A stretch of 64,000 nt of DNA, taken from contig NC_092384.1 of NCBI RefSeq assembly GCF_030028105.1, positions 3,267,665 through 3,331,664 of the forward strand, in the 5' to 3' direction. This document shows, piece by piece, positions 12,531-23,669 of the stretch. The notes under the pieces were generated by a model. The model did not search any database and had not been told where the DNA came from. It saw only the letters and a program-made list of their open reading frames with translations. The position numbers and the translations under genes are program-made. Positions within the stretch are counted from its first letter, which is position 1. Each line of letters begins with the position of its first letter. Source of the DNA: Mobula birostris (lineage: Eukaryota).

Positions 12531-13981
12531 TGATTTAAAATGAATGAGAGTACTGTAAATAAATGATACTTTGAATTGGATTTTGTATTAAAAGATTATG
12601 ATTATTTCTTTCATATGATGTGATGATTGACGCCAGACATGTTGTTGTCTAAGGAAGAGCGTTAGGCGTAATAAGCTGTAGCTTCAGCGTACACCCTTTC
12701 GGTCTGTTTTAAAGAATATCTGTTTGTCGTTGTTGTTTTGTCTTATGCAATCATTGTTATGCAATCATCGTTTTTGTTATGTTTGTACTGACCGAAATAA
12801 ATTTCATTCATTCATTCATGTATTTTTTCGAATATTGGGAGATTCTCCTGGAGTCTGTGCTTGTCAATCATGACGTGCTTATCAAATATTAAATCACAGT
12901 TTATTTAGAAATATACCCACGTGTCTATTCCAATGAGAATACACCAGATGCTTAACAGATTTGCAAACCGATTCAACCATTTTCTTTCAATAATTGATAA
13001 ATATCCCAAACTTCCCCCGATTTTGATTACAAATTACAGGTTCTGCTAATTCATTTGTAAAAGTATAACAGAAACACACGGAAATATGGAAACCGCGGGA
13101 AACCCGCCATTCCCTGTGTAAAACTGTACAAAAGATTCAAACTCCATAATACTTTCCCGCTTAGGTAAGAACTCCTCAATGATGTCCATTATAGAAATGT
13201 GGCCCACTTCTTTACCGAATTTCGTGACGCTGTGCGCCATGAGGAACCTGTTTCAACCGTGGGATGGCTCGGTTATTCAGACAAAGCAGTCCCTGTATTG
13301 ACGTTAGTTCTTATGTTAATTCAGGGCAGCAGATTTCAACGCGCTCTGATCCAATGCATTTAGAAGCTCGTTTGCTGTCTCGCGAGTCTGCGTAGGCGAA
13401 GATATTAAATTAGTCTACATTTAAAGTCTTCCTTCTGAAGAATAGCAGCGTGGTTTAAACACGACAGCAAGGAAAAAAAAACACAGTGAAATATCGACGC
13501 TGTTGGTTATACAGCTTAGTAAATGAGATAGCTATCATTGTCCATTACTTGACCTGTTAACGAAAACAGGCAATGCTGGTATGGAGAGATCAGGCAGGGT
13601 CTCTGGAATGAATGTTTTGGGATTAGATCAGACCCGTGTGTAACGGTTCCGTTGCTTATACTGTACGATTAAAGGTAAAATACAGTACAGGTACACTATA
13701 ACTGCTAACACCCTCAACTGTGCAGATTTACAGAGGGACCTTAAGGTCAAAGTTCATAGCTTCTTGATAGTGGCTGCACAAGTTGATAGGGTGGCATAGA
13801 AGAGAGAGAATGAACAATGCTGCGTTGATTTCTCTGGAACAGTGGAGTCAGAAACCTAATAGATGTTTATAAGTTTCTGAGAGTGGACAAGCAGCATCGA
13901 TTTTCTAGAGTTGCAACGTCCAAAACTAAAGGGTACGCAATTCAGGTAAGAAAGGTTAAGTTGAAAAACGATACGAGAAGC

Positions 13982-14143
13982 AGCACACACAAAATGCTGG
14001 TGGAACACAGCAGGCCAGGCAGCATATATAGGAAGAAGTACAGTCGACGTATTGGGCCGAGACCCTTCGTCCTGACGTCGAATGTACTTCTAACTATAGA
14101 TGCTGCCTGGCCTGCTCTGTTCCATCAGCATTCTGTGTGTGCT
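13982..14143. repeat. Fold-back (inverted repeat) made of Penelope-like termini
   Basis: ~68-bp arms (agcacacacaaaatgctgg...cagtcgacg and cgtcgaatg...gtgtgtgct) around a ~25-nt loop, inserted in a LINE remnant. Confidence 0.8.
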
Positions 14144-17100
14144 ACTTGAATTTCCAGCAACTGCAGATTTCCTCGTGTATTGAGAATGAAGTTCGTTTTC
14201 ACACAGATTACTGGGTGATTGGAATGCACTGCCGGAGGTGTTGATATTGATAGATACTTGAAGCTCTAAGATAAGCAAGTAAATATGCTGAGAACAGAGG
14301 AATAAGGACATTGCGTAGACAGAAAGGATCTCTTTAGTTAGATCTCTAACTACTCGTATTGTTAGTTTTGCACAATATTAGTGACGAAATAGCTTGTTCT
14401 CTGTTTTACTGTTCTATATTCCGTGTTTTATGATCTATTTTCTATGGAACCAAGTGACATAATCCAGAGAGATGATTCGGAATCAGAATGGAACGGGTTT
14501 CTGGAAAGACGGTGATTTTGTACAGACGCGAAATCACTGGAGCTGTAGAACAATCCGCCTGAAGAGACATTATGAAAACCAGGTGACCTAGCAATAAATG
14601 AAACAGTTTTGCCGAAGAAGTGCAACAGCCAACGAGCGATGGTTTCTATTGTACAATATATGATATAAGCTGCGGTCGGACACTTATGTAGAGGATAAAC
14701 AGGAAGGCTGATGTGATGAATTAAATGACATTGTTTGGTTTGGTTGAATTGAGTCCTATGTTCTGGGACAGTCTCCCAAGCTATTCCCAGTTGTGCCACA
14801 TCTTCGAAAGTCTTTCTCGCAGGAATGAGGATTCCGGAGCTTGTGTTGACGTTGGGGGTTTATGGGATGGTGTTGCAAGCCCCACGTCTACTCTTCCTCC
14901 TTTCACAGCCGGGTTTGGTACCGTCCATGGCCGAGCCATTCCTACGGAACCTCTGCACAATTGAACACCAACAAAATAACGTCTTGGGTGCACACTCAAA
15001 AGAGTATGGGCCGGGAACAGTAACGGGACAATAACGATACACGTTCTCATCATAAAAAAAAAGGTGGAGACGGACAGCACTCAAATGGGTGATCGATTGG
15101 AATATTGAGAATAATCTGCTCGACTATCCCCAACACACGTTAAGAAAAGGGTAAGCGTTTTCGGGAGAACGTGAGAGAATGTTACCGAAATGTTGGAAGT
15201 CACATTTGTTGATTGTCTGGATTAATTGTTATTCTTTGACCGGGGAAGGACTCGGCGTGATTTGACCAAGTGATTAGAAATCACGACTGAGCTATAGAAA
15301 ATGAATACGGACAGGTTAACTGCTCTCATGAGTGTTAAACCGAAGAACTACAATGACGTTGATCGGCAGAGGAACCGAAAAGATTCTAGTAAATAAACCG
15401 AAAGGAGTAGTGGAAACGGAATATTTTGAGGAAAGGACAAAGGGCAAAGTAACGGGACAGTCTAGATCGCTTTTCCACACAGGCTGCATGAATTCAATGG
15501 TCCGAATGCCCGCCCTCTTCGATTTCTGTCGTGTTTTGGTGAAATATCGATTAGAGTTGTTGAAATATATTTCCATTAAACAGGCCGAATAGTCTGGAAC
15601 GATGGAACGGAGTGCTGGACATGCTAATCGAGTCTCACTACAGTATTATTATATCACTGCTCTTTTGCATACAGAACTCTTTTATTCCTGCTGTTTAACT
15701 CCAGAGTCAATATGCAAATAGGGAAAGTTCGAATGTCCTGAAATTCGAAAGGTCGACCCAGAATAAACAGAAATAATCATCAAAGCGGACAATTTGGATT
15801 AATGTTGCGTGGTGCACAAACCATTGGAGACTTTGCTGTGCTTTGACTCCCACAAATTATAGCGTATTATTTTTATTTAATTATCTTCAAAATTGATCTA
15901 AGCAATAAAAAAAACACTGAACTATTACCTTTATTTAAAAAAAGCAATATTCCAAAAATCAGAAATACGAATCTAAACCAAACACATCGGGAAAACAGCA
16001 AGGTTCTGTCTCCATCGAGAATAAAGGATAAACTAAGGAAGTGAATGCCAAAATTACTGCCAATCGTAATAGCACTAAAATGTTCTCTTCTGAAAGCGGA
16101 GGGAATCAACCTTAATTACGAAAGAAGTTTTACAATTATAGAATTGCAACGTTTTCAAATGCAATTGCAATGTCTAAAGATATTGTGACAGACGCTTGGG
16201 TAGATAAAGTGGATTAGGTGCAGAGAGCTGTGAGACTAATGATGATAAATTGATTTTGATTAGTTAGACAGCACGGCCCAGTGTCTTGAAAGGACGCTGT
16301 ATGAGTCCATTATTTCTTTTTCTGCATTTAACTCTAATCAGCATCTTGTTCATAGCCTGAAGTTATTTGCATGTTTGAATCATGACCAGAGCAGATGAAC
16401 GCTCAGTGAGCAGAATTAAAGGAAACAAGAAACAGCAAACATATATACCTGGATTAAAATCTGCCGAGGTGCCAAGCTGAATAATTAGGAAATAAGTGTA
16501 AAGTACACCTCATTGGTTCGGTAATAACATGCACTGGAACGGCAGCATACTACCTCATATGGATTTGGAGAAATTTAATTTCGTGGAAAGATAAAAAAAG
16601 GATTGTAATCTTTCCTAACAGACGTTTAATACGATTGAATTGTTTTCCAGAACAAAGGAACTGGTCCAGAAAGAAGTTCAATGCATAAACGGAGTTCCAA
16701 ATGTTTCTGACAAGTACCACGTGGGAGATTGTTCATTGTTCCGTGGAGCAAAGATAATCAAATTACTACTGTGCTTACAAGCCACTGAACATTCCAATTG
16801 TTTCTGTGTTGGAGTTGCTGAGATTAATGAAGTTTCTCTAAAGAAGACAAGATAAACATAAGCTTCAAGTGCATAGAAATTCCAATTGGGAGCAATGTTC
16901 ATCTATTTTATAAATGAGATAGAATTTCACACGGGGAACAACGATCGAGGTTGGTAGACCAAAAATATAGGTAATTCTGCTTTGCAGCATAGTAGAAGAA
17001 ATGGAACAGTCTGGGAAAATGTGCGCATACGCGGCGGATAGAATGAATCCGTATGAATGTAGGGGAGATTGTACATAAAAACGATATCACCGGAAACCTG

Positions 17101-17194
17101 GAAAACCTGCTCTGACAGCTGTGCCTTCGACAAGGCATCAAGCATTGTTTGGACTAAACTGAAATGATGGCCGGTTTAATTGGCATATTGAAAC

Positions 17195-17310
17195 CTTGCA
17201 AATGCCAAGGAGCACGGAGTGAAGAAGTCTGATAGAGCAGCAGGATTAAACCATTCGGTTGCATCACCAATCAATACCACTTTTATATTCTGAACGATTT
17301 CCGACAGTTT
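17195..17310 (-). pseudogene. Candidate degenerate TM exon of gene A (frame-disrupted)
   Basis: Good acceptor tttatttttgtcag and weak donor AAG|gtttca; hydrophobic pieces VVLIG / GLILLL / SVLLGICK lie in different frames; two stops in the phase-1 frame. Confidence 0.3.
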
Positions 17311-18037
17311 CTGACAAAAATAAACATGACTCGAATATCCTCTGTCACTCGCCTGTCGGAGAGGCAGGGAATTCTGAAGGTTAATCGGAATGCCGATGAA
17401 GGAATTTCTGCTGAAAGGCAGTTGTCACCTTTCAGAACGCGACCGCTGGCTTCTGACATGTCAACCAGGGGAAGCTCCATGTCTATATTTGCTCAATAAT
17501 ACACTGTATATATTATATATCTTTCATTGAGGTACATAGACGTACAGGCGCAGTGTGAGTACGCTATATATCTTTCTCCACCCCAACATTATCAGATAAA
17601 GTAACAGATATTTCAATTGCCATCTCGCTGGACGAGAGTTCAGAGGAGCTCCCTTATCAATGCTGCAGATGGTGGACGAGTAATTAAACGTGTAAGTTGA
17701 TTTTAACGGACAACGGAGCCAGAAAGGGTTTGGAAACAAATTATGCAGGATTCAAAATTGTAGTGAAAATGTAAAGAGAGAATGACTGGGAATAAATCGC
17801 GTAAAACACGGTGCTTCGGCCGCCAGAGAGGCAGCAGCTGCCAAAGTAGCGCTCAAAGGCCAAATTTATACAATTTTGTCAAATGTTTTGGAGAAACAGG
17901 AAGTGCCTGTGATGTATAGCGGAATCATCAGAGCTAGGTCTTTCAAATGTAATCAAATGACCTTTCCTACAAAGTGATATCCCGAAATCCCGCACCGACA
18001 CACCTATTTCTCTGATAACTGAGATTGGCGGATTTAC

Positions 18038-18340
18038 CATTGTCGATGTTGATGACAGTGTAAGTGGCTAGAGCAGAAACCTGGAGAGTGAGGTGAGATA
18101 CCAGACAGGTGTAGACTGTCCCGGTTGGCACAACCTGAGTCGCTGACAATCTGCTGGAAGCTTCATATAGCCCATCCGAAGTGGAGTTGGTAACAGTCGA
18201 ACCGGTTGTAATTTTGGTGCCATCTTTATACCAAGTGAGGCTGATACCCATTGGGTAAAAGGGGAATTTAGTGCACATAAGAGCCAATGATACCAATTTC
18301 TCTGGATCTCCAGAGTAAAATTTCAATGGAGCTGGAGGAA
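18038..18340 (-). CDS. Ig C1-set domain exon (C1b), gene A
   Basis: ttcttag|TT CCT CCA...AAT G|gtaaat; 303 nt, phase 1-1, open; [27 protein letters not shown]...YTCLVSH. Confidence 0.9.
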
Positions 18341-18751
18341 CTAAGAAATGGGGGAATATACGAATGTCTGGTTGTTTACGGTTAGCTACATATTTTAGGC
18401 CATATCAGCGTTCGATTTTATTAACATAAAAGCCAGAAGTTTAAAGATTACAACTGCAGGAATTTAAGTTGGATTGGAGAAATATAGTGCTGGATAACTA
18501 ACGGAGAAAATCGTGATCATATGGGATCCGACGCGGCTGTACTCAAAGGGCTCCAGAATTAAACGTTGAAATGAATAATTATGTACAAATATATTAGCCA
18601 AATTTTAATTAATGTCGTTGAATACTCTTGTTTTATATAGTCAACACGGGCAGCTACAATTAATACTGCTATTCTATTTAAGAAGCATTAAACAAAAGGC
18701 AGTTTCGCAGTCGCAAGTTCGCATCAACTGATTCGTTTTTAAAGCTCCTAC

Positions 18752-18835
18752 CTACACAACAAAAGTCGACCCTGTTCCGTTTCCAGCCAGTGTGCCCTGA
18801 TGGGCGATGGTTCAATAATAGACTCCCGCATCTTG
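18752..18835 (-). pseudogene. 3' remnant of a second VJ-type V exon
   Basis: QDAGVYY*TIAHQGTLAGNGTGSTFVV*; the second Cys codon is TGA (18812-18814); 5' part absent, joined at caag. Confidence 0.9.
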
Positions 18836-19294
18836 GCAATTAAAGACCATCAATTTCCTCCAGACATTAAACACCACCAGATTTTGCTTTCTTTCTCGTC
18901 TTGTGGCGCCTTTAGCATCTGTCTGTTCTCAACCTAACACGGATGGAAAGCACGGGGTTCCGGCTGGATTCCAGCTTGGGATCATCGCCTCGAGGTCCGG
19001 AGCTGATGCCACCATATCACCAGCCGGCAACACCAGTGTGTCTTAGATTTAATATATTATACAAATCGGAGAAATCATGAGAATAATTTTCTTTAGACAC
19101 GAAACGCATTGCATTTCATGCTGGAGAAAACAGCTTCCGTACAAATTGTAAAGAGCTTATTTTGTACGTAGTTAATAAGAACCTATGAGCGGTCACAGGG
19201 AAGTCCAGCGAAAACGATTAAATGCGGAGATCATTTAAATCTGGTTTATAGTTACCCGACTTTTTTTTATGATAGTTGAAATCCATAGTCTCAC

Positions 19295-19597
19295 CTGTGC
19301 TGTAGTTGATGATGATGTAAGTGGCTAGAGCAGGATCCCGGAGGGTGACGTGAGGTACCAGACAAGTGTAGACTGTCCCGGTTGGCACAACCTCTGTCAC
19401 TGACAATCTGCTGGAAGCTTCATATAGCCCATCCGAAGTGGAGTTGGTAACCGTCGAACCGGTTGCAATTTTAGTGTCATCTTTATACCAGGTGAAACTG
19501 ATATTGGTTGGGTAAAAGGGCGATGTAGTGCACAGTAGAGCCAAGGCTTCCGATTTCTCTGGATCTCCGGAGTAAATTTTCAATTGAGCTGGAGGAA
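19295..19597 (-). CDS. Ig C1-set domain exon (C1a), gene A
   Basis: ttcttag|TT CCT CCA GCT CAA...ACA G|gtgaga; 303 nt, phase 1-1, open; [14 protein letters not shown]...YTCLVPH. Confidence 0.92.
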
Positions 19598-20024
19598 CTA
19601 AGAAATATTGGAATAGATGGATGAATGGTTGTTTACGGTTAGCTGTATATTCTCGGCAATATCAGCGTTCGATTCTATTAACATAAAAGCCAAATATTTA
19701 AGATTACAACGGCAGGAATTTAAATTGCAATGGGGGAAAATAGTTCTCGATATCTAACCGAGCAAATCGTCGATCATATGGGATCAGTGGCGCCTGTATT
19801 TTAATTTTCCGCAACTCAAAGAGCTCCAGAATTTAATGTTGAAATGAATATTTATGTACAAATACATTAGCCAGATTTTGATTAGTATCGTTGAATACTC
19901 CTGTTTTATATAGTCAACGCGTGTCGCTACGATTAATACTGTTATTCTATTTAAAAGAAATTGTACAAAAGACAATTTCTCAGTCGCAATTTCGCATCAA
20001 CTGAATCGCTTCTAATGCACCTAC

Positions 20025-20345
20025 CCAACACAACTAAAGTCGACCCGGTTCCGGTGCCAATCAATGTGCCCTGATGGGCGATTGTACAATAATAGACTCC
20101 CGCATCTTGTGGACGCACGTTCACTATCTGCAGAAAGCCGCTGAATTTAGTATTGAAGCCGTTCGATGCTCTGGCGTCTTGTTTTGGGTTGATGTAATTA
20201 TTTTTACCCTTTTTCCACCAATATATTTCAACGCGGGAATCCTCTGGCAAAGAGGAAGGGGAACAATCAAAAGAGACATTTTCACCTTTGCTGATTTTGG
20301 CGATTTTAGGGAGTTGTGTAACTTTGGCAGAAGATTTAACTGACC
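20025..20345 (-). CDS. Germline-joined VJ-type Ig V domain exon, gene A
   Basis: tttaatttag|GG TCA...TTG G|gtaggt; 321 nt, open; SVKSSAKVTQLPKIAKISKGENVSFDC...IYWWKK...LQIVNVRPQDAGVYYC...GTGTGSTLVVL, with canonical Cys-Trp-Cys and a J-like GxG motif. Confidence 0.93.
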
Positions 20346-20481
20346 CTAAATTAAAGGAATATCATTTCCGAATCAGTAAGAATCATTACAAAGAGTGTAT
20401 ACAACTGTAAAGACGAACAAGGGCAAACATAAAGCGATATTCAATAACTGTTCCATTCTGAAGAATGGGAAAGCTATTTAC

Positions 20482-20536
20482 CCGTAAAATATATCATCCA
20501 AAGAAGCAGACAGTAAGGTCCCACGCTGGCCAACAT
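20482..20536 (-). CDS. Signal-peptide (leader) exon, gene A
   Basis: ATG...MLASVGPYCLLLWMIYFT G|gtaaat; 55 nt, phase 1, in frame with the V exon after a 136-nt intron. Confidence 0.85.
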
Positions 20537-20604
20537 TCTGGTACAAGTGATCACAGGGATGGCGCAGTCGCGAACTGTTTCTCTGGGTTGAGCTGCCACA
20601 GGGT

Positions 20605-20675
20605 GTGCTGCGTCAATCTTTCCGCGAAAGTAGTGCGGCTTCTGACCAATATGTGGTGAGATTTACTTTCGTTTG
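20605..20675 (-). promoter_or_regulatory. Putative proximal promoter of gene A (IRF-E-like, RUNX, CCAAT, CRE-like motifs)
   Basis: actttcgttt 20665-20674, tgtggt 20652-20657, ccaat 20646-20650, tgcgtca 20609-20615, all within ~70-140 nt of the ATG; motif match only. Confidence 0.4.
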
Positions 20676-20870
20676 TGCTTATGCGAACCGCAGCGCCATC
20701 GTCTTCGAAACCGATTATGTTTTTAGATTGTATTGTTAATAACCTACGGTGTGCAATTTCATTGGATGAACTAAATCCCTGCGGCCCGAAATCTCACTGC
20801 ACTATCTCCTCACTCATTCCCACGTGTCCACTCTCGTTGTCACACCACTTCCCAGCCCCATCACGAACTC

Positions 20871-23669
20871 CATAGAAACCATAGAAACCATAGAAACTGC
20901 AGCACAGAAACAGGCCTTTTGGCCCTTCTTGTCTGTGCCGAACCATTTTCTGCCTAGTCCCACTGACCTGCACATGGACCATATCCCTCCACACACGTCC
21001 TATCCATGTATCTGTCCAATTTATTCTTAAATGTTAAAAAAGAACCCGCATTTATCACCTCGTCTGGCAGCTCATTCCATACTCTCACCACTCTCTGTGT
21101 GAAGAAGCCCCCTCTAATGTTCCTTTTAAACTTCTCCCCCCCCCACCCTTAACCCATGTCTGCTGCTTTATTTTCTCCCCTTGCCTCAGTGGAAAAAGCC
21201 TGCTTGCATTCACTCTACCTATACCCATCATAATTTTATATACCTCTATCAAATCTCCCCTCATTCTTCTACGCTCCAGGGAATAAAGTCCTAACCTATT
21301 CAACCTTTCTCTGTAACTGAGTTCCTCAAATCACGGCAACATCCTTGTAAACCTACTCTGCACTCTTTCAACCTTATTTATGTCCTTCCTGTAAATTGGT
21401 GACCAAAACTGAACACGATACTCCAGATTCGGCCTCACCAATGCCTTAAACAACATCATCGTAACATTCCAGCTCTTATATTCAATACTTTGATTAATAA
21501 AGGCCAATGTACCAAAAGCTCTCTTTACGACCCTATCTGACTGTGACGCCACTTTTACGGAATTTTGTATCTGTATTCCCAGATCCCTCTGTTGTACTGC
21601 TCTCCTCAGTGCCTTATCATTAACCCTGTATGTTCTACGTTGGTTTGTCCTTCCAACATGCAATACCTCACACTTGTCAGTATTAAACTAATCTGCCATT
21701 TTTTAGCCCATTTTTCCAGCTGGTCGAAGTCCTTCTGTAGGCTCTGAAAACCTTCCTCACTGTCTACTACACCTCCAATCTTTGTATCATCAGCAAACTT
21801 GCTGATCCAATTTACCACATTATCATCCAGATCATTGATATAGATGACAAATAACACTGGACCAAGCACTGATCCCTGTGGCACACCACTAGTCACAGGC
21901 CTCCACTCAGAGAAGCAATTCTCCACCACCACTCTCTGGTTTCTTCCATCAAGCCAATGTCTAATCCAATTTACCACCTCTCCATGTATACCTAGCGACT
22001 GACCGCCTATGCGGGACTTTGTCAAAGGCCTTACTGAAGTCCATGTAGACAATATCCACTGCCTTCCCTTCATCCACTTTTCTGGTAACCTCCTCGAAAA
22101 ACTCCAATAGATTGGTCAAACATGACATACTACGCACAAGGCCATGTTGACTCTCCCTAATAAGTCCCAGTCTATCCAAATGATTGTAGTTTCTGTCTCT
22201 CAGTACTCCCTCCAATAACTTACCTACTACCGACGTTAAAGTTCCTGGCCTATAATTTCTCGGATTACTTTTCGATCCTTGTTTAAACAACGGAACAACA
22301 TGAGCCACTCTCCAATCTTTCGGCACCTCACCTGCAGACAGCGACATTTTAAATATATCAGCCAGGGCCCCTGCAATTTCAGCACTAGTCTCCTTCAAGG
22401 TCCGAGGGAACAACCTGTCAGGTCCCGGGGATTTATCCACTTTAATTTTCCTCAAGACAGCAAGGACCTCCTCATTTTCGATCTGTACAGTTTCCATGAT
22501 CTCACTGCTTGTTTCCCTTAATTCCATGGACTTCATGACTGCTTCCTTAGTAAACACAGACGTAAAAAAAACTATTTAAGATCTCCCCCATTTCCTTTGT
22601 TTCTGCACATAGCCGACCACTCTGATCTTCAAGAGGACCAATTTTATCCCTTACAATCCTTTTGCTCTTAATATACCTGTAAAAGCTCTTTGGATTATCC
22701 TTCACTTTGACTGCCAAGGCAACCTCATGTCTTCTTTTAGCCCTCCTGATTTCTTTCTTAAGTATTTTCTTGCACTTCTTATACTCCTCAAGCACCTTAT
22801 TTACTCCCTGCTTCCTATACACGTCATACAACTCCCTCTTCTTCTTTATCAGAGTTGCAATATCCTTTGAGAACCAAGGTTCCTTATTCCTATTCACCTT
22901 GCCTTTAATCCTGACAGGAACATACAAACTCTGCACTCTCAAAATTTCTGCTTTGAAGCTTCCCACCTACCGATAACATCCATGCCAGAGAACAACCTGT
23001 CCCAATCCACGCTTTTTAGATCCTTTCTCATTTCTTCAAATTTGACCTTCTTCCAGTTAAGAACCTCAACCCTAGGACCAGATCCATCCTTGTCCATGAT
23101 CAAGTTGAAACTACTGGTGTTATGATCACTGGAACCAAAGTGCTCCCCTACACAGACTTCTGTCACTTGTCCAAACTCGTTTCCTAACAGGAGATCCAAT
23201 ATTGCATCCCCTCTAGTTGGTTCCTCTATATATTGATTTAGAAAACTTTCCTGAACACATTTTACAAACTCTAAACCATGTAGACCCCTAACAGTATGGG
23301 AGACCAAATCAATATATGGAAAATTAAAATCCCCTACCACCACAACTTTATGTTTCCTGCAGTTGCCTGCTATCTCTCTGAAAATTTGCACTTTCAATTC
23401 TCTTTGACTATTGAGTGGTCTGTAATACAATCCCACTAATGTGGCCATACCGTTCCTCAGCTCCACCCACAAGGACTCAGTAGACAAGCCTTCTAATTTG
23501 TTCTGCCTGAGCACTACTGTAATATTTTCCCTAACAAGCAATGCCACTCCCCCACCTTTCATTCCTCTGCCTCCAACACATCTGAAACATCGGAACCCTG
23601 GAATATTAAGCTACCAGTCCTGCCCCTCCTGTAGCCAAGTTTCACTAATTGCTACAACGTCGTAATTCT
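20871..23669 (-). mobile_element. 5'-truncated CR1 LINE (endonuclease + RT, frameshifted)
   Basis: (catagaaac)3 tail at 20871-20897; overlapping ORFs 22939..23562 (EN: GDFNFP) to 21085..21303 (RT: KSPGPD, YMDFSKAFD, FADDTK); absent from the paralogous site ~57025. Confidence 0.95.

Noticed and set aside
14428-14799. ORF containing IIYCTI (ITIM-like) downstream of gene A
   Set aside because: No convincing acceptor upstream of the motif in a compatible frame, and no similarity to the gene B tail
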